NCBI GenBank assembly: GCA_002633005.1
Contig: NMRA01000661.1
Span: 155,718-219,717, forward strand
Direction: 5' to 3'
Length of the DNA: 64,000 nt
Origin: Phoronis australis
Taxonomy: Eukaryota > Animalia > Phoronida
The position numbers and the translations under genes are program-made. This document shows positions 1 to 10,221 of this stretch, piece after piece. Below the pieces are notes generated by a model, which saw nothing but the letters and a program-made list of their open reading frames with translations, was not told where the DNA came from and ran no database searches. Numbering within the stretch: the stretch's first letter is position 1; each line of letters begins with the position of its first letter.

Positions 1-314
1 GTAATATATAAGTTGCAATCGTCAGTCGCAGAGCAAAAGTGGGTGATGACGACGCTGGTGACAAAGATGGTGACGACTTGACCGAGAAAACTAAACAAAC
101 GATCGCAATGATGAAGACATGAGGATGACCGTGATAATATTGGTAGAAGAAATTCAATGTCAATTGGTGCAAAATATTGGACACAAGCACGAAAATATAG
201 CCTACACTCCACTCGTGCCATGATGAGAAGTGATGCAGCTGTCAAATGGTCGCTTTATCTAATAGATAAATCACCCCAAAAGCCTGAAGAACTGACATTT
301 CGGGAACTACAGTC

Positions 315-371
315 ATGATTGCCGTCACGGTATTATTGTTCTTCGCTCTGGGAACCACGGGTTCTTGTCAG
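315..371 (+). CDS. Serpin exon 1 (signal peptide)
   Basis: ATG at 315, MIAVTVLLFFALGTTGSCQ, ends CAG|GTAAGG in phase 0, in frame with exon 2 at 1966. Confidence 0.8.
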
Positions 372-1965
372 GTAAGGTTTTTGTTAATGATTATTTATGC
401 ACAATTTTATCTTCTTCAATTTTTTCGCAATGAAATAACAAATTACACGCATGAATATGTGTAAAAAAGAAGAGTAACACAAAGATTCATTTCACAAATA
501 AATAAACTATTACTCAATATTACCTTTTCGTGAAATAGCAAATGCAAGCAGCAACTCCTCGCAAGAAACAATGTCAATACAACCATGCTAAATGGACACG
601 AAGAGCTATCACACTCGGTTTAGTCTTTTGTAGTTTTGAAACTTTTATTGAGATGTCATTCAAGTCGCATTTCTTCGGTCACTAACTGTCCATTGGCAGT
701 ACAAGGCAACCTTCATTAGCAAACCAAGGCCACAGTTCTTCGAAAATATTACCAACAAAAACATCTGTTCATCAATCTTTCATGGCCCCACTAAGCTGCA
801 TGCATTATGGGTCGACTGTGGACACGTGACTTTTGAAATCGGAATTAGTTTCACGGAGTTTACAGTTTAACTTTTGGCACACGAGCAAAATTTTGCAAGC
901 AACATACAGATAAAAGAAGGTTTATTTTAACAATTTACTCCTTTGAGGTCTCAAATTCGACTGCTGTAGCTTGTATTTTGATATTTTTTGTATTTGACGG
1001 AGTCTCCGTTTCGACTCGAAATGAACAACCCATCAATCGAGGAACATTTCGGAAACTCTCCACTTCTGATTTAATTCGCGGGCTTGAGTGCCACTTGCTA
1101 ACTGTTACTTTTTGCGATTCTGGTGAGCGCCACATATTGAAGCGGGTATAACCTCCCTTCCGTCACAAACGATCTTTTGATGTAGACCACGTACATGTAC
1201 TTGTCGTTGGGAAATAGGTCTCAGATCTTTCCTTAGTGAAAACAGATGTTACACGTATGTCTAGGCTTGGAAAGAACTAACTGTTCACGTCGCGTCAGGT
1301 TCTACAAGTGCACTTGTCCCATTTTAGTTTATTCGCCGAGCGTTGTGCCGTCTAGCAATAATGAACTGTCACGTCTTTGCAAGATCAAAAACCTCTTCTA
1401 TATCCTCTGAGTAGGGAATAAGTTGAGATCATTTTTAAAGCAGTAACTTCTTTCTTTGACGGATCGTGGTTTTGTGAGCACTAAACAGAATACGAAAATA
1501 TACTTTTTTTAGTTTCGAAGTTATGGCAATCAGAGTGAAAAGCACCATACTTAAAAAAACAGTCACATTACTAACGTTTCGCTCTTATTTCCTGGCAAAC
1601 AGGTCGTGTCCTTATGAATGAACATAAGGACTTTACAAATTCGTTTCACGGAGTAATAGGTTAATATTGAAAAGTGCGTTTGAAGAATTGCAAGTCTTGG
1701 TACACGTAAGGAATTGTTCTATTACCTTGTTATGAAGGCAACGATCGTGCACCCTTGGTTAGACAAAGGTTCATACATGTATGATTCGCCAGCTAAAGTT
1801 TTCGAAGAAAAATACACCTTTCGTAACCTTTGGCAATCGTTAGGAAGACTCGGTCAGTACTATTGCTACATTCTAACAATCCGCAAAATACGCAGTCTTG
1901 TAAGTACTTTTTGTCAAATTATGAGCCGTATAAACACTGGCTTAACTCGTTTGTTTCCTCAACAG

Positions 1966-3108
1966 AACTCAAACAGTCTCACCGATGCAAACACTGGCTT
2001 TGCTCTTGACGCCTACCGACGGCTGACCACTACGGGCGGTAATGTATTCTTCTCCCCTTTGAGCCTTTCAATCATTATGGGGATGCTCTACGAGGGTTCA
2101 AACGGAACAACTCGTTCTCAGTTGCAAGCGGTTGCCGGTTTTGATCGCGTTAACGATGTCGCTGCAGAATTTCGTGAACTCAGTTCTATTCTTAACACAC
2201 CGAGTAAAAACTACGACTTGGAGGCGGCTAATCGGGTGTACGCGAGGAAAAACTATGGATTCAACAAGAACTACTTAAAAACAGTACAAAACCAATACCA
2301 GTCCGACATCATTGCTAGCGACTTCCAGTTCAACGCAGAAATGGTTCGACAGCAGATCAATAGATGGGTTGAAAACAAAACTAAAGACAAGATTAGGAAC
2401 TTGATTCCACAAAATGCCCTAAAACCCGAGACTGCAATGGTTTTGGTCAACGCAATTTACTTCAAAGGGGACTGGGATAAGAAATTTAAAGCAGCATCAA
2501 CAAAACCGAACGCGTTTTATCTGTCAGCAAAGAAGACGATAAACACTCCCATGATGTACCAGAGGTCAAAATTCAGAGTGTTCAATAGTCAAAGAAACGG
2601 TTATCGTGTATTGGAGATGCCCTATAAAGGCAACGATTTGAGTATGTTAGTTGTCCTGCCAAAGGAAATTGATGGTTTGGCCAAAGTCGAAAAGTTGTTG
2701 ACACATGACGAACTTTCTAATGTTCACAACAGTATGCGATATTCTCCTCAACTCGATGTTATGGTCACCATGCCGAAATTTAAGATTGATGTGAAATACA
2801 AAATGAAAGATCACCTTAAAGCAATGGGAATAGGTGACCTCTTCAAGCCCCGTGCCTGCGACCTGTCCGGCATTGACGGCACACGTGACCTTTACGTTTC
2901 TGAGATGTTCCACCAGGCTTTTGTTGACGTCAACGAAGAGGGCAGTGAAGCGGCGGCCGCCACCGGAAGCATCATTGCTGTCATAACATCAGTGGTAGTC
3001 CGCCCAACATTCCCCATAGAGTTTAAAGCAGACCACCCTTTCCTGTTTTACATCCGGGATAACAAATCTGGTTCTGTGCTCTTTATGGGTAGATATTCTC
3101 AACCATGA
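1966..3108 (+). CDS. Serpin (serine protease inhibitor) exon 2, entire serpin domain; about 399 aa with exon 1
   Basis: Acceptor TTTCCTCAACAG|AAC. Motifs NVFFSPLS, LVNAIYFKGDW, hinge EEGSEAAAAT and FKADHPFLFYI. The ORF-track extension 1714-1965 is intronic. Confidence 0.95.
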   Translation, partial: NSNSLTDANTGFALDAYRRLTTTGGNVFFSPLSLSIIMGMLYEGSNGTTRSQLQAVAGFDRVNDVAAEFRELSSILNTPSKNYDLEAANRVYARKNYGFNKNYLKTVQNQYQSDIIASDFQFNAEMVRQQINRWVENKTKDKIRNLIPQNALKPETAMVLVNAIYFKGDWDKKFKAASTKPNAFYLSAKKTINTPMMYQRSKFRVFNSQRNGYRVLEMPYKGNDLSMLVVLPKEIDGLAKVEKLLTHDELSNVHNSMRYSPQLDVMVTMPKFKIDVKYKMKDHLKAMGIGDLFKPRACDLSGIDGTRDLYVSEMFHQAFVDVNEEGSEAAAATGSIIAVITSVVVRPTFPIEFKADHPFLFYIRDNKSGSVLFMGRYSQP

Positions 3109-3517
3109 TTAAATTTTCAAATACACCTGTATAATTTCAATGTCGATTGTCATGCTAGAGAAATGAATACACCATTATAGTGTGTCGATACCGTATATAG
3201 TGATATAGTACCAAGCAGTCTTTTATGTGCATTACGTAATCATCTTATAAACGAATGTGTTCACACTCAAACAAGGCCAACATGTACAAAATTCTAGTTG
3301 CTATTCAACGTGTTGATTTAGTATCTCACTGGCCGGCCACACGCTCTATAGACGGGATTTAAACCTGAAACTGTTAAAACGTTTTCTCCGATGTTTAAAT
3401 GCTTCGGTGTCAGTCTTGTTTCCATGGATCTCTTGGGAAAAAAGCCATCAATTTCAAAATATAAAGGCGCGATTTTTAGTTAAACTGTCGCGCGACAAGG
3501 GCTCAGTTGATTCTTAA

Positions 3518-4321
3518 AGGCGAAGGCAACCTTTTTCCATGTCATTTTGAGCTAAAATAAGGTTGGTTGGTTATCCTAGACATATTTTTCACTTAATTAC
3601 AGCTTTTCGTAATTTTATTAATTACTCGTCCGCTTTTCCGGAAGTGACGTTTTAGGAGGCAAGCGCTTCCCGCCAATTTCTTTTCACATAGTCTGACTGT
3701 GAGAGCTAGACCGGCAGCCCAGAGCACTTAGCATAGATGAACGAGGTACCAACATCTGACCACGGGAGCATTTAAAGTCCACCTCAGTATGTACAGAAAT
3801 GGACGTCTGCCGTTGTCTGCACTCTGGGTGTGACCCTTGGGGGCCTTACAAAGACCCCNNNNNNNNNNNNNNNNNNNNNNNNNNNNNNNNNNNNNNNNNN
3901 NNNNNNNNNNNNNNNNNNNNNNNNNNNNNNNNNNNNNNNNNNNNNNNNNNNNNNNNNNNNNNNNNNNNNNNNNNNNNNNNNNNNNNNNNNNNNNNNNNNN
4001 NNAACAATCCCTAAATCCAACGCAGTTGAGTTCTCTACTAACCTATCTTGCCGCAGAATACTCGCCGATGGAAAGTGGTGGCGACAATTGGTGAAAAATA
4101 GCACAAAACAAAAGTAGAATAGAACAGATTCGCACAGTAAGCTCAACGCAAAACCAAGTGGCGGGAAGCGCTTGCCTCCTAAAACGTCACTTCCGGAAAC
4201 TGAAAGCGGACGAGTAATTAATAAAATTACGAAAAGCTGTAATTAAGTGAAAAATATGTCTAGGATAACCAACCAACCTTATTTTAGCTCAAAATGACAT
4301 GGAAAAAGGTTGCCTTCGCCT
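3518..4321. mobile_element. MITE with ~160-bp TIRs and TTAA TSD (Kolobok/T2-like)
   Basis: TTAA|AGGCGAAGGCAACC at 3514-3531 and GGTTGCCTTCGCCT|TTAA at 4308-4325. Arms 3518-3675 and 4159-4321 are near-perfect inverted repeats. The interior contains an N gap. Confidence 0.85.
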
Positions 4322-5298
4322 TTAAAATCGTTGAGCATTCTTGAAAGTACGTGACGTCATATTTGACCTCGTGCTTCTTCTCAAAGAGAGCCACGAAGAG
4401 TAAACATCAACCGAATTTTTGTATTGTGCTCTGGGGACAACAACATGCAGATTTCTCTTGAAATTGGGAGTAAATGGCATTGCTCATGAATTTGTAAGTA
4501 AACAGTGTGGATTCGTTTCGACAAAGAATCTTCATGCGGTCAATTCGGTAGACGCTGGCGGTCGGCAAAGCCAGATAAGAAATCACTTGGCCGAAAACAT
4601 GCGACGCGAATATTGTGTTACAAATTGAAATGCATAGGCAAATAAGAAAAATGCGACTGCGCTTAAATTAACAATTGTTGACTATCTAGACCAAATAAGC
4701 ATCAAGTTACCACGAAGTCTCACTCTTCAGTGTGGACAAATGTTAGTCATACACCTTTTACTCATTTGGGGGTAACTTATTAACATTTGGAATTGAAGAT
4801 GTTAGCTTGATTTATTGAAGAATAACGGCATGCAAGACGATTGAAACTTCAAGAATCTAAAAGCTACTTTGCTTCACAAATAGTTAAAGCGCCGGGCGTT
4901 TAATTATAAACAGTGCTTTCTGGCAAAAACCCAAGTTTTGATTTAGGCCAATACCCTTATAAAGTTGGTTTTATATTTTTTCTTACACAGTTTGAAAGTG
5001 TTCTCCAAGCTGGCAGATCAATATTTCTTCTTGCTCATAAACTTTCCGGTCACAGCGTAACCTGAAACTTGGAAGGAGTTTAATCTGAAGAAATATTGAA
5101 CGTTTGAAACCCTGAAATCACCGTCAGTTTGACTAAGGACAACACGAGACTCGGTATTGGCCTAAATTAAAAGCCGATCTTTATTATGAAAGGCGGATTT
5201 AATGCCGCTTCAAAGTTACTTTTTTCTTTTGAAGTATCAGAGACCTTTTGAAACTTCTCCGAGTCACACAACGCGTATTTTCATGAACTCCATTACGT

Positions 5299-6873
5299 CT
5301 AAAATTCATTTTGACGATGACCAGTTGACAACGCGGTCATTTTCTCATGAAGCATTTTAGTGTACGGCCTAGGCTCCCTAACAAGCCTCTGACACATGGC
5401 ACTGTTTTTTCCAGCTTCAGATAGGACGAATCCGTAGGCATTGAGATCACTCGGCCTCGCTTCGTCTTGGGACGAGTGTCTCATCTCACCCCCAAGCAGT
5501 TCGCGCTCGAGACAAAACTGTGCCCAATTTTCCCGCACTCGTTGAAATTCATCCCGTTCCTGCTCAAGCCGCTCGTGTCCGAATTCCTTTATTCTCAACA
5601 GAAAATTACGAAGAAAATGGCTGTATAAAATTACATCTCCACGGTTCCATTTGCTTATGGCAACTTTGGTTTCGGTCTCCATGTTGTAATGTACATTCTC
5701 TGTGCGGACATTATGGCTAAAATATACTATGTCTTCCATCTTCCAACCAAACTTGTGTTTCAGGAGTATTAAGGATTCATCCATATAGTCAGCTATCATA
5801 ACCAAATCGAAGTCATTTTCAATTTCTTGTATTTTCTTCTGAATGGTGTCCATGTCATTCAACTGGGGAACTGCCACGCCGAAATCGAATAACATTGGAT
5901 TTTTTGTGCTCACGCCACAGTGCGGAATTCTGGAGTAGGCGTATTGGGGATTTCTCAAAAATTCTTCCAGTGGGTTTGCAACAAGAGGACCAAAGCCGAA
6001 GCACTTGGCGAAATCATAGTACTGGAACGCCGACTCGAACGTCTGCACCGGATTCCGAAGTATAGTTACGAATCGACTGGAGATGGGCATCAGCGCATGG
6101 AGTTCATCGCCGGCGTATTTAGACATGGAATGGCATAGAATGTCAAAGTGACGACCTGGCACTGGAAGAACCTTTCTTTCATTAAAAACGTAAAACTCCG
6201 TGCCTACTTTCGGTAGTGCAAACACAAGGTTGTGGGTGTCACCATATCGCATAAGAACATTTTGAATCGTCGAACCTCCTGTGCGATGGGTTTTGAAGAA
6301 CACCACTTGCCTGGTGACCCCTCTGTGTCCTCTCGCGCCATCACGCTGAACGTGCTCTGGCAAGATCCAATTCAAAAGTTTCTGCTGTCCTTTGCCCTTC
6401 TCGCCACTATCAACGTCTTCTGAGCCCCAGTGAAACTCCTGTTTGATTTTTTCAGTCTCTAAACTCGAAAGTTTGCTGTTCTCGGTGAGTTGGTGTTTGG
6501 AAGCACTTTTCATTTTCTTCTTGAAAGCCTCGAATGCCTTTAACTCTTTCTTAACCTGTTCGTCTTCAACAAACCCATCATTTTGAACCGATTCAGCGTC
6601 CTTAATATTTTTTTCTTTTGATATATTCGAAGCTTCTTCTTCTTCTTCTTTTTCACTGTCTGCACTTTCCTCTACATTGTTGACAACTTTCTCTGTGCCA
6701 ATATTTTCCAATTCAGATGTCTTTCCCTGGTTTTGGCCATGTTCCAGTATGGTGGACACCAAATCCTTCTCTGTCTTTGAGTAACTAATTTTGTATAGCC
6801 TGAAAATGACTATAAGCAGAGCTACAACACCGAAACAGGCCGCTGTGCTAACCACCTTTCGACTTCTTCCCAT
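5299..6873 (-). CDS. GAL3ST: Galactose-3-O-sulfotransferase family protein (type II Golgi membrane protein), uninterrupted CDS
   Basis: 524-aa ORF: N-terminal TM helix, E/K-rich stem, 5'-PSB-like VVFFKTHRTGGSTIQNVLMRY, 3'-PB-like FVTILRNPVQTFESAFQYY and FDLVMIADYMDESLILLK. Confidence 0.92.
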   Translation of the reverse strand: MGRSRKVVSTAACFGVVALLIVIFRLYKISYSKTEKDLVSTILEHGQNQGKTSELENIGTEKVVNNVEESADSEKEEEEEASNISKEKNIKDAESVQNDGFVEDEQVKKELKAFEAFKKKMKSASKHQLTENSKLSSLETEKIKQEFHWGSEDVDSGEKGKGQQKLLNWILPEHVQRDGARGHRGVTRQVVFFKTHRTGGSTIQNVLMRYGDTHNLVFALPKVGTEFYVFNERKVLPVPGRHFDILCHSMSKYAGDELHALMPISSRFVTILRNPVQTFESAFQYYDFAKCFGFGPLVANPLEEFLRNPQYAYSRIPHCGVSTKNPMLFDFGVAVPQLNDMDTIQKKIQEIENDFDLVMIADYMDESLILLKHKFGWKMEDIVYFSHNVRTENVHYNMETETKVAISKWNRGDVILYSHFLRNFLLRIKEFGHERLEQERDEFQRVRENWAQFCLERELLGGEMRHSSQDEARPSDLNAYGFVLSEAGKNSAMCQRLVREPRPYTKMLHEKMTALSTGHRQNEF

Positions 6874-8644
6874 CTTTATAAGATGTATTTATAAAGTGTC
6901 TAGCAGCAGTCAGTGTTATTCCTAAAACCACCTGTTTTGCCCGGGGGGTGACATGCCGAATCTTGGAAACGCATGGTTAGATACTAGCATCCGAAGTGTA
7001 GAACGCTTACCTGTAGAATGAAGTGTGGAGAAGAAATCTTATTGGTAAAGATTAATATTTAACAAAGTAAATGAAATTTAGTATTTCATGTTAACAAATT
7101 GTGTATTCCAGTGAAATGTAGGCTACGCTCCCTCGTTGTCATCAGGACCAATCCTTAATTTCCTCACGGCAGCTAGATCGAGGATATCAGGTGGTTTAAT
7201 AAGCAATATATGTTTCAGTTAAAATTGTGCAGCTGTATTGGTCGTCGAGAGCCCGCATTGATCTCAACATTTGGGTTTTGTTGAGTGATAGACGTTGGTG
7301 TTTTGGCGTTTAAAACCCAGTCTACGCAGCTCCACCTCTTTGTTACGCAGGGTGTACAACTGAAAATGGAGACGTTACACTGGAGCGAAGACCCCTAAAA
7401 TCATACACACAGTCAAATCATACAAATCTCAAAATGACTTCACATTTTACTACTACCTCAAGTGCAACATTTTAATTATCGAGTCCGAGACTGAGTTCGG
7501 GGTATTAGCCCACGCATATCGACCAGGATATTGTCAGTAAGCGACCCCTGTGTACTAAGTTAGTTGCATTTGAATACGAAAATAAATGTGAAAAATGGAA
7601 ATGGTGCAAAAAAGCCGAGCCTTTTGTCACGTATGTTTTTATGCAAATAGTTTGCAAGATCTCATCGACTGTTTCATATGATTGAGTCCATTTAGTGTAC
7701 AGACATACAAGCCATGTATATTTTGAGTACAAGCATTACGATAGGACCGTTTTCTAAGTAACCATTGAAATCTGTGTAGATTACAAACTCAGTAAAGCTG
7801 TTTTTTCATTGGCGGAAAATAAAACGTGCAAATTTGAGTTTTTAAATTTGAGCAAAATCACAATTGCCTTACATTACAGCGTTCTGTCGTTCAGTTACTT
7901 TTCCAGACGTGAGGAGTGCTGAACGTGCGATAACATCTGGCTCTTTCGTTAACTGCCTAGCTCAATCATTTCTCCCGTACGATAACAAGCAGGCCAATTA
8001 TCTCCCAGGTTTCAAAGGAAATGTATGGTGGTTGCACGCTATTACCGAACGCGTATGAACACAGTCAAACCCAATGCGTTGGTAATCCATTTGGGCAGAA
8101 TAGATTGTCTTAATTTCTGTTGGGCGATTTTGGTGATTCAAAACGGAACATGATCGGCATTTGACGAGGAATTCAGAAATGCTATTGGTTTAAGCTAAAA
8201 TATGTTATTACTTAACTTTCATTTTTATCAGCCCAGCCCAGTCAGGCTAGATACGATCTGATCGGAGATTAGAGCAATTATCGAACAAAAGAGCACAGGC
8301 CCTCCAACCATAAATGCCAGAATGGCGTTAATCAGTCGTGTAAGATATTGGCTACGGGGGTAAACTTCCCAACTTGTTGTTGGGCTATAGAATCGAACAA
8401 GTTGGGAGCAACGGGATGTCGCCGTCATGTAAGTTTAGTGTTCTTAAGAGGATTTGCAATCACCGACAAAAGACTGTAGATTACGTGTGCAGATATTAGG
8501 TGTTTTGACTTTAAGTTCGACCGTTTCATGTCTCTTCGTCACTTTCTATGAAACTTCCTTTTTGACTGATTTGACAAATGGACAAGTTGTTAGCAAACAT
8601 CGGCCATGGAGATCATCCGGTGAGTCTGTAAGCATCAGACTACA

Positions 8645-9620
8645 CGGTCACACTGGTACTATCGGCAGCTGCCGGCCACTACTCCGAATGTTCACTACTT
8701 CGATGGTTCACTACTTTGAAAATTTTAGAAATTCAGATTCGTGGAAAATTTATATTTTTGCGTCTAAAAATACACGATACTTCAGTTAGTAGGCGCACGT
8801 GGTGTAGTTATACCTAAAACAACGCCCAGCTACTGTACTAATACGGTACTTTGTTTCGGTTTCCAGGGCAGGCGACATTGAGCTCCAAAACGAGTCATGA
8901 ATATGGAAAATAAGTACCAACTTTCCTTCTTAAACATAGACGGGGGGGGGACTATAGCCCCACTTTTTCAGTGCTGCCTCGCCTACGGTCTATGGGCGGT
9001 GCACCACAGGGTCCCACTTTTTAGTGCTGCGCCGCCCATGTTAAAGGAATACGAAACATGAACACTGATGAATTATCAACCACGATGCATTCCCCAAATT
9101 TATGTTAAGACCGGATCACGGCTAGACAGCGCTACTGAAAGGTTTACGCGTTGCTCCTCAACCCCACCCACGACACTGGAACAACGCGCACGGCTGGGTC
9201 GAAACAAAACTTGAAGTAGGCTTCCCGGTTTCCCTATCAACCTTCACTCAGTCGAAGAGTCCCATAATTCTTCTCCACTAAAGCCACCAGTTCGTCACTA
9301 CAGCACTGAAATAAAATATTACCATGACCCTTATATGTTGTCCTTGTCTGAGAATGACCCAATTTGTACATAATGCAATCAATTTTTAGAGCTATTTCAC
9401 TCGAATAGCGCACACCTTTTAAGTGGTTACTAAATGGACTATACAATACTACTTGCATGCCAGCTCCGCTTCAGCAGACGTTTGGTGAACTATCAAAGTA
9501 ATGAACCTGGCTTTGGAACAAGTCAGTGTACACTCGGAGTAGTGAACCCTCGAAATAGTGAACCTTCGGAGTAGAGAACCTTCGGGGGTAGTGAACCGGC
9601 TTCTTAGTGGCATGTAACCG
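8645..9620. mobile_element. Degenerate DNA-transposon-like remnant with inverted subterminal 16-bp tandem units
   Basis: GGTTCACTACTCCGAA-like units at about 8677-8720 and their reverse complement at about 9535-9598. Ends CGGTCACA / TGTAACCG. No TSD recognised. Confidence 0.45.
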
Positions 9621-10215
9621 GCCCGACACAGGCTGTTGCTTGAGCGACAATATGTGTCGAGTGCGACAGTTTGTCGTCGCCATCGACATATATTGTCTGC
9701 CGGGCGATACTATGCGTCAGTCAGCGTTCAATTGGTGGTGTGGCCAAAATGATTAATTGTTGTGCAGTGTTGTTCAGGACACAATGCATCTTTTAGCATC
9801 ATATTGTAACAACACAAACGTGAAAGCGCGCGTTCCAAACATGCGCAAAAACATTCCGTACTCAACACCTCGTTTTCTGGCATTATGCAATTATGGCGGA
9901 GTCTTGAATTCTACAAGGATTCTGACTGTAGATCCGTGTCCGTACGACTCATTTGTTGAACGGGCATTTCATACCAAAGCATGTTGCTCTCGGTACGACA
10001 TCGAAACAGAAGGGAAGAGTAAAGCATCTAAGCAGAATAAAAGCGCCGTCGTGTTGCATTCAAACCATGTTTTTGGACAGTTTCCCGTTCCCGCCCGTTC
10101 CCATCTTGGAAGTTCTGAGGACGAGCTTGATGTGACAATGCCACACAAGAGGAAATGGTAAGATGACAAAAAAAAAACAAAAAAAAAACAAGAACGCGAG
10201 ATCCGAATAACAACT

Positions 10216-10221
10216 TTTATT
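10216..10221 (-). terminator. Candidate polyadenylation signal of PLXDC
   Basis: AATAAA on the minus strand followed by a T/GT-rich tract (plus 10166-10192), about 3.5 kb past the stop codon. Confidence 0.4.

Noticed and set aside
1714-1965. 84-aa N-terminal extension of the serpin ORF
   Set aside because: Intronic read-through; a proper acceptor at 1965 and a signal-peptide exon at 315-371 explain the gene.
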